DNA of 64,000 nt from Candidatus Xenobia bacterium. Its GTDB lineage: Bacteria > Vulcanimicrobiota > Xenobia > Xenobiales > QWHO01. Both the position numbers and the translations under genes were made by a program. The stretch spans positions 1 through 64,000 of the forward strand of contig BTUM01000012.1 of the NCBI GenBank assembly GCA_045863235.1, read 5' to 3'. Of the stretch, positions 36,435 through 48,372 are shown piece after piece. The notes under the pieces are model-generated. The model searched no databases and was not told where the DNA came from. It saw only the letters and a list, made by a program, of their open reading frames with translations. Numbering within the stretch: position 1 is the first letter of the stretch; each line of letters opens with the position of its first letter.

Positions 36435-39391
36435 GACCGCTCAAGCTCACCCTCGAGAACCTGCGCTCCTATCGTGCCCGCCAGGAGATCTCGTTTGAGG
36501 ACCTGGGCCTGTTCGCCATCACCGGCTCGACGGGAGCGGGCAAGTCCTCGCTGCTGGAGGCCCTGGTGTATGCTCTCTACGGCTCGTGCACCTTCGACGG
36601 CCGCAGCGTCAAGGCGCTGATCTCGGACGGGCCGGGCGACCCGGTCATGACCGTGAGCCTGGAGTTCGAAGCCCGTGGCCAGCGCTGGCGGGTGGACCGC
36701 TCGTGCTCGGAAAAGGGCAAGAACCCGATCCACTGCCTCCGTCGCCTGGACGGCGAGGGGGCCTTTGACGGCCAGGCCGACGTCGACCGCCAGATCCGCC
36801 AGCTGGTCGGCCTGGACATGAGCCAGTTCCTCAAGACCGTGGTACTGCCCCAGGGCCGCTTCCAGCAGCTCTTGACGGCCGGAGACAAGGACCGCTCGGA
36901 CGTGCTCAAGAGCCTGCTGGGGCTGGACGACCTGAGCCGGGTGGCCGACACCGTGCAGGCTCGCTCGCGCAAGCTGTCCGACCTGCTGATCCGGGCCCGC
37001 ACCCAGCGCGAAGCGCTGGGCTCCGATCCGGCCGCCATCGTGGCAGGGGCCCGGGAAGCCCTGGAAGCGGCCCGTCAGCAGGAAGCCGCGCTGAACGAGC
37101 AACTGGAGAGTTGTCGAGGGGTGGCCGCAGCCCTGGCCTTGCGCCAGACCGAGTTGGAGGGCGTACACGGGCGCATCCAGCGAGCCGAGCAGCTGGCTCA
37201 AAGCTTTGAGGACGACCTGAGGGCCCTGGATCAACTGGAGCACCAGCTGACCCGCGAGCGCCAGGAGGCCGAGCAAGCTGTGCAGGAGAGCGAGACCGAG
37301 CGAGCCCGCCTGGAAGAGGTGAAAGCCGCACGGGAGAGCTCGGGGCGCACCCGCGCCCGGATCAACCAGTGGCTGGCCAGCGCCAGGCTGCTGTCCGAGC
37401 TCAAACCCCAGCTCGAGCGCGGCCAGCAAGAGTTGGAGCAGCGTCGCCAGGAGCAGCTCCGAAGCCAGGCTGACCTGGACGAGCTGCAGCGTCAGTCGGC
37501 CTTGCAGCCGGAGCGTCGCGAGCAACTGGTGGAGGCAGGTCAGAAAGCGCGCCAGACCCTGGATCAGGCCCGGGATCAGGCCGAGCAGGCTTCCCGCTGG
37601 CTGGAGCGTTGGCGCGAGGCCGGCGGGAGGCTGGACGAGCTGGGCCGCAAGCTCGAGAGCGAGCGCCGGACCCTGAACGACGAGAGCGGCCTGCTTTCTT
37701 CGCTGGAGGCCTCCCATCGCAAGGCCCAGGACGAGCTGGCCGCCAGCCGGGCCACCCGGGCCCGGCTCGAGCAAGAGCAAGCTGTGGCCGCGCTGGCCGG
37801 GCACTGCAAACCCGAGGACCCCTGTCCGGTGTGCGCCCGCCCCCTGCCCGAGGGCTTCCAGGCGCCGCGCGGGGAGGGGTTGGAAGAGGCCGTCGCCGTC
37901 GTGGCTGCCTGCGAATCTCGCCAGCAGCTGGCCTTCCAGACCTGGCAGGGAGCGGTGGCGCGAAGCCAGGCCCTGTCCACCCAGGTGGTCCGGCGCGAAG
38001 CCGAGGAGCTACAGGCGCGTCAGCAGGTGGAGGAGCTGACCGCAAAGGGTCGCGAGCTCCTGGGCGGCGAGACCGACTTCGAGCAGTTCGACGAATGTCT
38101 GCTGGCCGGGCCGCGCCAACGGCGCGAGCTGGCCGAGACCGCCTACGAGGCCTGCCGAACCGAGTATGCGGCCTTCGACGGCGAGTGCAAGAAGCTCGAG
38201 GCCACCATCGCCGAGCGCCAGAAGGCCTTGAACGCTCTGAGCGCCGAGCTGACCCGACGAGCAGAAGAGCTGGCTGAGCTGACCCGACGCTGCGCCGGGG
38301 CCGAGTCAGAGCTGGGAGAGCAGCAGGCGGCCGAGCTCGAGCGCGAGCTGGTCGAGCTCGAGAAGCTCGAGGGGCAACTGAACGCCGTGCTGGCTGAGGC
38401 CCACCGCCTGGCCCAGAGCCAGAATCAGTTGCATCTTCGAATTCAGACCGAGCTCGAGCAGCCCAGACGGGCTCTGGAGAACTCCCTGAACGAGCAGCGC
38501 GTTCAGCTGGCCAGGCTGGGGGTGTCGGTGGAAGTGGCTCCAGAGCCGCTCGAGACGGCTCGACGCCAGGAAGCCGCCCGACTGGCAGCGCTGGAGCGCT
38601 GGCGCGATGAGGAGCAGCTCGGCGCGGCCCGACTGGAGGCCGAGCGGGGCGTGCTGCAGCAGCGCCTGACCGAGCTGGGGGCGGCCAGCATGGACGAGCT
38701 CGAGAAACGCGGCCGGGAAGGCGAAACCGGCCGGGTGCTGGCCGAGCGAGCGCTCGCCGAGGCGCTGGCCAGGGAAGAGCGGGCCGCCACCCTTGACAAA
38801 GCCCTGCTGCCGGCCGAGCGGCTCGCTCGCAATCTCGACTTCATCCAGCAAACGCTGGGCAACCGCAAGCTGAAGAAGCACCCGCCCTTCTCGCAGTGGC
38901 TGCAGGAGCGTCGCCAGCAAGAGCTGCTCGAGCTGGCCAGCACGCGCCTCTTGGAGATGACCGGCCAGCAATTCGGCTTCAGCCCCAAGTTCGAGATCGT
39001 CGATAGAGGCACGGGGCAGGCCCGCAAGCCCGAGACGCTCTCGGGCGGGGAAACCTTCCTGGCCAGCCTGTCGCTGGCGCTGGCCCTGTCCGAGCTGGTG
39101 GGCCGCAAGGGCGGGCGACTGGAGGCCTTCTTCCTGGACGAGGGATTCGGCAGCCTCAGCCCTGAGTGCCTCGACCGGGCCCTGGATGCGCTCGAGAACC
39201 TGGCTGGCAGCGGTCGGCTGATCGGGGTGATCAGTCACGTGGGGGCGGTGGCCGAGCGGCTGGAGCGCATCCTGCGAGTCAGTCGCACCCCGCAAGGCAG
39301 CGTGGTGGAGGAAGTCAGCGGCTCGGGTCGGGACGAAGCCGCCCACAGCGACCTCGACCCGGCCCGGCTGGCCGCCCTGTCAGCCGGGTAG
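36431..39391 (+). CDS. sbcC: SbcC/Rad50 SMC-like ATPase
   Basis: [10 protein letters not shown]-loop LPQGRF, coiled coils with zinc hook CPVC, LSGGE, LDEGFG, ISH; GTG overlaps the sbcD stop. Confidence 0.93.
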   Translation: MRPLKLTLENLRSYRARQEISFEDLGLFAITGSTGAGKSSLLEALVYALYGSCTFDGRSVKALISDGPGDPVMTVSLEFEARGQRWRVDRSCSEKGKNPIHCLRRLDGEGAFDGQADVDRQIRQLVGLDMSQFLKTVVLPQGRFQQLLTAGDKDRSDVLKSLLGLDDLSRVADTVQARSRKLSDLLIRARTQREALGSDPAAIVAGAREALEAARQQEAALNEQLESCRGVAAALALRQTELEGVHGRIQRAEQLAQSFEDDLRALDQLEHQLTRERQEAEQAVQESETERARLEEVKAARESSGRTRARINQWLASARLLSELKPQLERGQQELEQRRQEQLRSQADLDELQRQSALQPERREQLVEAGQKARQTLDQARDQAEQASRWLERWREAGGRLDELGRKLESERRTLNDESGLLSSLEASHRKAQDELAASRATRARLEQEQAVAALAGHCKPEDPCPVCARPLPEGFQAPRGEGLEEAVAVVAACESRQQLAFQTWQGAVARSQALSTQVVRREAEELQARQQVEELTAKGRELLGGETDFEQFDECLLAGPRQRRELAETAYEACRTEYAAFDGECKKLEATIAERQKALNALSAELTRRAEELAELTRRCAGAESELGEQQAAELERELVELEKLEGQLNAVLAEAHRLAQSQNQLHLRIQTELEQPRRALENSLNEQRVQLARLGVSVEVAPEPLETARRQEAARLAALERWRDEEQLGAARLEAERGVLQQRLTELGAASMDELEKRGREGETGRVLAERALAEALAREERAATLDKALLPAERLARNLDFIQQTLGNRKLKKHPPFSQWLQERRQQELLELASTRLLEMTGQQFGFSPKFEIVDRGTGQARKPETLSGGETFLASLSLALALSELVGRKGGRLEAFFLDEGFGSLSPECLDRALDALENLAGSGRLIGVISHVGAVAERLERILRVSRTPQGSVVEEVSGSGRDEAAHSDLDPARLAALSAG

Positions 39392-39856
39392 CCCGGGTAT
39401 CACCGCCACGCCGTCGGGGTCGGCCACGAGATGCTGCCCCGGCTCGAAGCGCACCCCGGCAAAGCGCACCATGAGATCGCACTCGCCCCGGTCGCGCTTC
39501 AGGCTCTTCCTGGGGTTGGTGGCCAGGGCCTTGACCCCAAGCTCCAGACGGGAGAGGGCGGTGGCGTCGCGCACGCAGCCATAGATCACCAGGCCCGCCC
39601 AGCCGTTCTTGACGGCCAGCTCGCCCAGCTGGTCGCCGAGCAAGGCGCAGCGAAGCGAGCCCCCGCCGTCCACCACCAGCACCGCTCCCTGTCCGGGTTG
39701 CTCCAGCGCCCGGCGCACGAACGAGTTATCCTCGTGGACCTTGACGGTGCGCACCGGGCCTTCGAAGGTCAGCCGACCTCCGTAGTCGCGAAAGACGGGC
39801 TCGGCCACCTGCAGGCCGGGCGGATCCTGATCGCAAAGATCGGCGCAAGAAAGCAT
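39380..39856 (-). CDS. rraA: RraA / HMG aldolase family protein
   Basis: [39 protein letters not shown]. Confidence 0.9.
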   Translation of the reverse strand: MLSCADLCDQDPPGLQVAEPVFRDYGGRLTFEGPVRTVKVHEDNSFVRRALEQPGQGAVLVVDGGGSLRCALLGDQLGELAVKNGWAGLVIYGCVRDATALSRLELGVKALATNPRKSLKRDRGECDLMVRFAGVRFEPGQHLVADPDGVAVIPGLPG

Positions 39857-39891
39857 CAGAGCCGGCTTCGGGCCTGGAGCAGGTCTCCCTC

Positions 39892-40041
39892 TCAGCGCTT
39901 CAGGGCCAGGTCGAGCCAGAGCAGCAAGGCCGAGATCAAGCCCATGAGCAGGCCAAGCTCGAGGTTGCGGTGACGCATGGGCACTTCGAAAAGCATCAAC
40001 AAGCTCAAGAGCGCCAACCCGACCACCAGCACGACACGCAT
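39892..40041 (-). CDS. Small two-TM membrane protein (49 aa)
   Basis: Two hydrophobic helices; ATG 8 nt after an ECF-like promoter. Confidence 0.55.
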   Translation of the reverse strand: MRVVLVVGLALLSLLMLFEVPMRHRNLELGLLMGLISALLLWLDLALKR

Positions 40042-40049
40042 CCTTGACA

Positions 40050-40087
40050 GTATGCCAGAGCCAGGCGCAGGGTTCAATTGCGTTCGA
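40050..40087 (-). promoter_or_regulatory. ECF-type promoter TGAACC-N16-CATAC preceded by TCGAAC repeat
   Basis: 40071..40087 matches 29919..29935 at 15 of 17 positions. Confidence 0.55.
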
Positions 40088-40094
40088 CCTGAAC

Positions 40095-40700
40095 ATGCCC
40101 TCGATGACCGAGCTCACCTGGCACGACTGCCTGGCCCTGGCTGCCCGATCTCTGGTTCCTCTGGGTCTGGTACTGGCCCTGGGAGCTCCCGTACTTCGTC
40201 GGCTGGGGGGAAGTCGCGAGTCTCTGGCCTGGGGAGCCCTGACCCTCCTCCTGGTAACGGTTCTTCTGACTCAAGTCATCGCCTCGGCGGCCCGCCAGCT
40301 GAGCCAGCGCTACCAACCTCCCGGCTACAGAGCCCGCTATGTGAACCACGGCGGTCAGGTGGCCATGTGGGGAAACTACCACGTCGAGATCGCCCGCGAC
40401 GTGGCGGGAGAATACCGGCTCTGGGTGGCCGACGCCTACCGCAGGCCCATCTCGTCAGCTTTCTATTCGGGGCGGATCATCCCCGTTCCCGAGGGCGAGC
40501 CGGTTCAGCTGGAAACGAGCCTGGACCTGAGCTACGCCTTCGCCAAGCTCCCCAAGAAACTGGATCTGGTGCGGCTGGAGCTCGAGTTGCCCGGACAGAC
40601 CTTGCATTTTCGTTTTCGCTTCGGGGGCTCCGGACGGCCCACCGAGCTGCCCGAGTGGTGCGGCCCGACCGCCTCGCCCAGCCCCCCGGACAGGTCTTAA
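40095..40700 (+). CDS. Hypothetical membrane-anchored protein
   Basis: Two N-terminal TMs then HGGQV...YHVE segment (possibly metal-binding); convergent with the multicopper oxidase. Confidence 0.65.
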   Translation: MPSMTELTWHDCLALAARSLVPLGLVLALGAPVLRRLGGSRESLAWGALTLLLVTVLLTQVIASAARQLSQRYQPPGYRARYVNHGGQVAMWGNYHVEIARDVAGEYRLWVADAYRRPISSAFYSGRIIPVPEGEPVQLETSLDLSYAFAKLPKKLDLVRLELELPGQTLHFRFRFGGSGRPTELPEWCGPTASPSPPDRS

Positions 40701-40704
40701 CGGC

Positions 40705-42231
40705 TCAACCAACCACCTGGACGATCTGCATCATTCCCGTGTCCTCGTGGGTGAGGATGTGGCAGTGCAGGACGTAGACACCGGTAAAGTCGAGGAAGCG
40801 GCTGCGGATGATGACCTGACCGTTGGGGGGAATGTCCACCGTGTCACGCCATTCCGGCACCGGCGGGGCCACGCCGTTGATGGACATGACCTGAAAGTCG
40901 TTGATGTGGATGTGGAAGGGGTGAGTGACGTTGCTCGTGTTGGTCAAGACCCACTGCTCCACCGCTCCAAGCTGCACCGTCTGGTTGACCACGTCCGGGT
41001 CGAAGCGCACTCCGTCGATGGTAAAGTTCGGGAAACCGGGGGCCGGGCCGCCCGGACCGACCGCGAAGACCAGCTCGCGCTGGCCGGTCAGCTCATCGTC
41101 GGCGATGGGCAAGAAGGGGGCGGGCAGGTCGAACGGTAGATTCATGGTGACCGGGCTTCCAGCCACCTCGACGGTAGCCAGAACGACCTCGGGGTCGGGA
41201 TTGATCCCGGCGTTGCCCACCCCTTTGCGCAGGGAGTAGATGCCGGGGGCTCCCGCCCGGAACATCACGTCGGCCCGTCCCGCGGGTGGAAGAGAGATCT
41301 GATCGGGACGAGTGGCCGGTAAAGCGATGCCGTCGTAGGCGATCACGTTCAGCTCGTGGCCGTCGAGGAAGAGCGGCATCTCGGTGCGCACGGTGGCATT
41401 GATGACCCGCAGGCGGACCACCTCGCCCGGATTGACGACCAGGCGGGGCAAGATCTCGCCATTGACGGTGAGAAAGCGCTGGGTCAGCGGGAACGAGCCC
41501 GGGCCCATGAAAGCGGGCACCTGGCCGTCGGGGCCGATGTTCAGCTCGTGGATGATGGCCACGATGTCTCTGGCGAGGGCCACGGCCGGCACCTCATCGA
41601 TATCGCCCTGGATGATCAGGGCGCCGGCCATGCCGCTGAAGAGCTGCACCGAGGTGGAGCCGTGATGGTGGGTGTGGTACCAGTAGGTCCCGGCCGGATG
41701 GTCGGCCGGAATCTGATACTCGTAGTCAAAGGCCTGTCCCGGCCCGATCGACACGAAGATGTTGTCCGAATTTCCCTGAGGGGAGACGTGCAGGCCGTGG
41801 GTGTGGATGTTGGTGGTGTTATTGCCATGAGGAATGTTCTCGTCAGCCGGCATGACCATGTCATCCGCTTCGGCGGGTAGATTGTTGTTGACGCGCAGTC
41901 GCAGGGTGTCGCCGGGCCGAACGCGCAGCGTGGGGCCTCCGAGCAGCCCGTTGAAGCTTCGATGCGTGAAGGTCTGTCCAGAGATGGTGTGCTGGGCGAA
42001 ATCCACGTTCAAAGTGGCCTCGAGCAATCCCTCGGAGGACGTCAGCACCGGGGGCTGGGGGAACTCGGGCGGCGGTGGGACAGGGACCGGGAGCGGTGCC
42101 ACCGTGCCGGCGGTGTCGGTGCCGCAACTCGCGCTGAAGGGCATGCTGCTGGCCAGAGCCAGACCCAGTCCGGTTTTCAAGAGCTTGCGTCGTGTCCAGG
42201 CCACGGGGGTCCTCCTCAGAATGGCTTTCAA
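40705..42231 (-). CDS. Multicopper oxidase with twin-arginine (possibly lipoprotein) signal
   Basis: HTHGLH, YWYHTHHH, HPFHIH, HCHILTHEDTGMM; TRRKLLK...SASC; start uncertain. Confidence 0.92.
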   Translation of the reverse strand: MKAILRRTPVAWTRRKLLKTGLGLALASSMPFSASCGTDTAGTVAPLPVPVPPPPEFPQPPVLTSSEGLLEATLNVDFAQHTISGQTFTHRSFNGLLGGPTLRVRPGDTLRLRVNNNLPAEADDMVMPADENIPHGNNTTNIHTHGLHVSPQGNSDNIFVSIGPGQAFDYEYQIPADHPAGTYWYHTHHHGSTSVQLFSGMAGALIIQGDIDEVPAVALARDIVAIIHELNIGPDGQVPAFMGPGSFPLTQRFLTVNGEILPRLVVNPGEVVRLRVINATVRTEMPLFLDGHELNVIAYDGIALPATRPDQISLPPAGRADVMFRAGAPGIYSLRKGVGNAGINPDPEVVLATVEVAGSPVTMNLPFDLPAPFLPIADDELTGQRELVFAVGPGGPAPGFPNFTIDGVRFDPDVVNQTVQLGAVEQWVLTNTSNVTHPFHIHINDFQVMSINGVAPPVPEWRDTVDIPPNGQVIIRSRFLDFTGVYVLHCHILTHEDTGMMQIVQVVG

Positions 42232-42300
42232 GGGGCCTTCGCGGCCGTCGGGACAGGATTCCTCCCAGGGAGGAGGCCTCCGGGCGCAAAGTCCTCCAAA

Positions 42301-42684
42301 TCAGCCCAGCAAGCCCTCCAGGCTCTGCAACACATCTTTTTCATCCGGCCGGATCAGGGCCAGAATGGCGTGGTGATGGACGACCAGGTAGGACTTTCCC
42401 TGGTAGGTGAACTCGAAGGCTTCCTTGCGCAAAAAGTAGGCCAGGTCGCCCGGCTCGGCCTGCATGGGAAGAAACCGGATCGACTCTTTGGGCTGGGTCC
42501 AGGGCTCCTCGGAATACCGGGGATTGGCCATCAGATAGCCGGGGCCGACCTGAATCACGCGGCCCGTCTGGACCCGTTCCCGGTCGGTTGCGGTGGCGGG
42601 CAAGATCAGGCCCGACTGGGTGGTCTGCTCGCCCTCGAGAGGCTCGATCAAGACCCTGTCGCCAACCAGGATGAGCTCGCCCAC
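42301..42684 (-). CDS. GroES-like (Cpn10 family) protein, stand-alone
   Basis: GDRVLIEP, TQSGLILP, GRVIQVGPG, ILALI; no groEL adjacent. Confidence 0.8.
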   Translation of the reverse strand: MGELILVGDRVLIEPLEGEQTTQSGLILPATATDRERVQTGRVIQVGPGYLMANPRYSEEPWTQPKESIRFLPMQAEPGDLAYFLRKEAFEFTYQGKSYLVVHHHAILALIRPDEKDVLQSLEGLLG

Positions 42685-42763
42685 TACTCCTCGGCCGCTT
42701 TCTCGATGGCGGTGCCGTAGGCTCGATTCCAGCCGAAAGCGTGGACAGCAATGCTCATGGCCG

Positions 42764-42867
42764 GCACTTTGCCCGCCGCGCCGCGAAGTCCTCCGCCCGG
42801 CTCGGCAGGTTGTTGGTACACGCGTTCGTCAGGTTGGGCTCATGTGCAAGACCAGAGTGCGAGCACA
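42764..42867 (-). repeat. Dispersed structured intergenic element, copy C
   Basis: 47-nt core shared with 24409..24455 plus downstream GCAAAGTGC. Confidence 0.75.
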
Positions 42868-42876
42868 CTCTTCGGC

Positions 42877-43503
42877 TCAGTAACTCTGCTGTCGCTGCCA
42901 CCAGGGAGTGCAGTTGGGGGTGTCGGCCTCGACCGGCGCTTGAGCGTGAGCGGCCAGGTCCACTCGATTCTGCAGCTCGTTGCCAGGATGGAAGACCAGC
43001 TGGCCATTGTTGCTCATCACCGTGCCATAGACGCTGTGGCCGTTGGCCTGAAAGTCATTGAAGCTCTCTTTGGCTGTCAGGGCGCCGAGCAGGGCGCCGC
43101 CGGCGGCGCAGACGGCCACCGGGGCGGCCAGGGCCACACCCTCGAACATGCCGTAGAAGCCAGCCGTCAGAATCGAGGCGACCGTGCCCAGCACGTTGAT
43201 CCCGACCACGCCCACGACCCCCAGAATGGCGCCCCCGATGGCTCCCGAGATGGCCTGCTCCCGGACGAAGTCCTTGAGCGTGCGCTGGGAATCGGCGGTT
43301 GTCTTGTAGTGATAGACTGCCTCGGCACCCTGATCGCCCACTTGAAGCTGGCTGAGCATGGATGAGGTGGAATCAAACTTTTGCTCGCCCACCTGCCACC
43401 ATTCGGTGGCCGGACGGGTCGGGGAGCAGGGCTGCTCGGCACTGGCCCGAGCCGGCCGGGAATAGACCTGAGGCAAAGCGGTAGCGGTGGTGGTGACGTT
43501 CAC
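42877..43503 (-). CDS. Hypothetical protein with Thr/Pro-rich N-terminus and central glycine-zipper hydrophobic hairpin
   Basis: SD AGGAGG, GTG start, GAIGGAILG...AGGALLG. Confidence 0.75.
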   Translation of the reverse strand: MNVTTTATALPQVYSRPARASAEQPCSPTRPATEWWQVGEQKFDSTSSMLSQLQVGDQGAEAVYHYKTTADSQRTLKDFVREQAISGAIGGAILGVVGVVGINVLGTVASILTAGFYGMFEGVALAAPVAVCAAGGALLGALTAKESFNDFQANGHSVYGTVMSNNGQLVFHPGNELQNRVDLAAHAQAPVEADTPNCTPWWQRQQSY

Positions 43504-43600
43504 GGAAAAACCCCTCCTGTATTCGTTCTCTCTCTGTCACAGAAAACAGTACCTGGGTCGAGAGGAATTGTGCTTACCGACTTGTAAATGCTTCGCCCGC

Positions 43601-43921
43601 ATGACGACCTTGACCGCCCTGGATGCCTTCCTGGCCAGCGCCGAGCCACGTCGCTCGGGCTTTGCCCGCGAGCTGCTGCAGAGGCTGCGCTCGGAGCTGC
43701 CCGCCGACTTGCCGCTTGAGCAGCTCGAGCCGTCCCTGGATCGCTTTGTTCTGCGCCATCCCCAGCCGAGCGCGCGTCTGGTATGCCAGCGCCTGCTGAA
43801 CTGGGTGCGGCGGCAAAGGCAGCCCCGGTTTCTTCCCCGACTGCGCTCTAGACCCGAGTGGTCGAGCCTGCGTCAGAGTCCTCCGGTCATCCGCCGCGGC
43901 CCCGACCCGCTGTCGAGGTAA
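43601..43921 (+). CDS. Hypothetical protein
   Basis: ORF fills the gap, typical codon usage. Confidence 0.5.
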   Translation: MTTLTALDAFLASAEPRRSGFARELLQRLRSELPADLPLEQLEPSLDRFVLRHPQPSARLVCQRLLNWVRRQRQPRFLPRLRSRPEWSSLRQSPPVIRRGPDPLSR

Positions 43922-44955
43922 CCCAGGATGTTGCTGGTGTAGAGCGAGTTGACCGCGGCCACCCGACCACGCACAGCGGCATAACGCTGGCTGGACCGGA
44001 TCTCACCTCCGTGGAACTCGAAGAACATCTGCACCGGAAAGGTTTCCCACAGGTTCTCGCTCCGCTCATAGAGGCTCAAGACGCGCTCGATGGTCGAGTC
44101 CAGCGGACCGTGCATCAAAGCCAGGGCCAGCACCGCCTGACGACGCAGCACCACATCCTTCTCGCCGGTCATCTTGTCGGCAACGAAGCTCTGCAGGCGC
44201 TGACGTGTGGCCAGATCCAGACCCGGATGCGAGCCCACCGCCCCCAGGAAGGCCAGGGCCTCCTTGCGGGGCAAACTCGAGTAGCTCCGCATCACGCTGT
44301 CGGAGGTCCGCCCCAGGGCGGCCGAGGGCACTCCCAGCGCGGTGAACATCGACGCTCGCTGGGACGGGTCGATCCAGGCCATGTTGCGGTCGTCGATGCC
44401 GCGATAGACCATCTCGCGCTGATTGGAAGGGTCCATGACCTTCAGGATGCCACCCTGGTTGCCGACCCGCAGTCGCTTGAGATCGCGGCTGGCTTCGAAG
44501 GTGTAGGCCCCGGTCCACTCCTCCCCGATCGGCCCGCCGCCTGGCTCAGGAACAGGTGCCATCGCGGTCTCCACCCTTACCCTGGAGGCCAGGCCGTCAT
44601 AGCGCACGCGCGCCCCCAGCGCCTCGGCCACGAAGCGGAGCGGAACCAGGGTGCGGCCGTCCACCACCCGGGCGGGCTCGTCCAGCCGGACCTCGCGGTC
44701 GTTCACCCGGGCCCGGTCGCTCCCCAGCTCGACCTCGACCCGGTCCGGGCCGCGCTTGGCCACGATCCGTCGCCCCTGTAAGTCCAGGGTGGCACCCAGC
44801 GCCTCGAACAGGGAGCGCATCGGCACCAGCACTCGCTGTCCGCTGCGGATCGGTCGGGCCTCGGCCAGGGTCCGGCCGTCCACCTCCACCGTGATCGGCT
44901 GGGCCAGAGCCCGGCCCGCCAGCACCATCAACAAGACCAGCCACCAACGCGTCAA
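43873..44955 (-). CDS. Copper-amine-oxidase N-terminal (stalk) domain secreted protein
   Basis: Signal peptide ending ALA; RVLVPMRSLFEALGA and GRTLVPLRFVAEALGA repeats; TTG start behind GGAGGA. Confidence 0.82.
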   Translation of the reverse strand: MTRWWLVLLMVLAGRALAQPITVEVDGRTLAEARPIRSGQRVLVPMRSLFEALGATLDLQGRRIVAKRGPDRVEVELGSDRARVNDREVRLDEPARVVDGRTLVPLRFVAEALGARVRYDGLASRVRVETAMAPVPEPGGGPIGEEWTGAYTFEASRDLKRLRVGNQGGILKVMDPSNQREMVYRGIDDRNMAWIDPSQRASMFTALGVPSAALGRTSDSVMRSYSSLPRKEALAFLGAVGSHPGLDLATRQRLQSFVADKMTGEKDVVLRRQAVLALALMHGPLDSTIERVLSLYERSENLWETFPVQMFFEFHGGEIRSSQRYAAVRGRVAAVNSLYTSNILGYLDSGSGPRRMTGGL

Positions 44956-45019
44956 GTCGAAATGTCCTCCATCCACCAGGGTTCGACAGGTAGAACCGCC
45001 AAGTCTCGTTCGGGTTGCT

Positions 45020-47074
<2,055 letters not shown>

Positions 47075-48118
47075 AACGCAGTGGCGCGAGCACCAAGTCG
47101 AGCAGCGAGCGCAGCCTCTCCAAGCTGACGCGCGAGGTGCAGCAACAGGCCACCAGCTCCCCTCCGGGGGCCAGCAGCTCATGGCAGCGACGATAAAGCT
47201 TGCGATAAGCGGCCAGCACGCGCTCGAGCTGGTCGCTGCGCCCCGTCATCGGGGGCGGATCGACCACGATCAGGTCGTAGGGGCCGGGGGGCACCTCGCT
47301 CCAGGGGCCCGCCAGCAGGTCCTGACGCACCCAGCTCTGGACCTCACCGCCGTGATGCTGGCGGCCGAACTCGAGTGCGGCGGCGGAGCTGTCCACGTTG
47401 ACCACCCGGGCAGCCCCCGCCTGCTGGCAGGCCAGCCCCAGCGAGCCGGTATAGCAGAACAGGTTGAGCACCCGCTTGCCGGCGAGGTCGCGAGAGAGCA
47501 TCTCCCGGCGTAAACCGCGCAAATCGAGGAAGGTGCCGCTCTTCTGGCCCGCCCCGAGGTCGGCCCAGAGCCGCAACGGGCCCTCCCGAAAGCTGACCTG
47601 GCCGACGGGGGGACCGAACAGTACCCGGTCAGGCAGCTCCTGACCGGCCCGTCGCCGGGGCAGCTTCCAGAGCAAGGTCTCCAGCCCGAGCCAGCGGCGA
47701 GCCAGGCAGCCGAGGTAGCGCCCCAGGCCGTCCACGGCGCTGGAATAGGTCTGCAGAACCCCAACCGGGCCGTAGCGGTCCAGCACCACACCCGGAAGGC
47801 CGTCGCTCTCGCCGTTCACCAGGCGCACGGCCTCGGTCTCGACGGCCAGCTTCTCGCGCCGGCCAAGAGCCTTGCGCAGGCGGCGTTGCAGGGTGCTGGT
47901 ATCGGGCAGGCTCTCCCCCAGCCAGCGGATGGCCACCACGCCCTCGGCCTGGTAGACCCCATAGCCTACGGTCTGGTTGGACCCGTCCACCAGGTGCAGC
48001 CACTGGCCGTCTCGGAAGATCTCGGCCGCGCTGGACATGGCTCCCCGGAACACCCAGGGATGCCCCTGGCGCAGGGCTCGGGCGGCGGGACCCTTGAGCT
48101 GGTAGCGGCGGGGCGCTC

Positions 48119-48286
48119 TCAGCGCTCCTCGCTCCAGTAGTACTCCTCCGAGCCCTCGGTGCGCAACTGGGCCCGCAAGCGTGCCAGCTCGAGCTGGAGC
48201 TTCTGAACCCGGGCGCGGTCTTTCTCGGGATCGAGCCCCTGGAGCTCTTGCTCGACAGCCCGAATCTGGCGGCGTATCTCGTCCAT
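48119..48286 (-). CDS. Small coiled-coil protein (55 aa), not in ORF track
   Basis: MDEIRRQIRAVEQELQGLDPEKDRARVQKLQLELARLRAQLRTEGSEEYYWSEER with purine-rich SD; fills the gap. Confidence 0.65.
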   Translation of the reverse strand: MDEIRRQIRAVEQELQGLDPEKDRARVQKLQLELARLRAQLRTEGSEEYYWSEER

Positions 48287-48372
48287 TCTCCGTCCTCTTT
48301 GCAGTCCTTCGACGTCCCGCGAGGTTGAGCTTTTGAGGCAGGAGTTCCCCCTCCCTCCTCGCAGGTGGGGCC

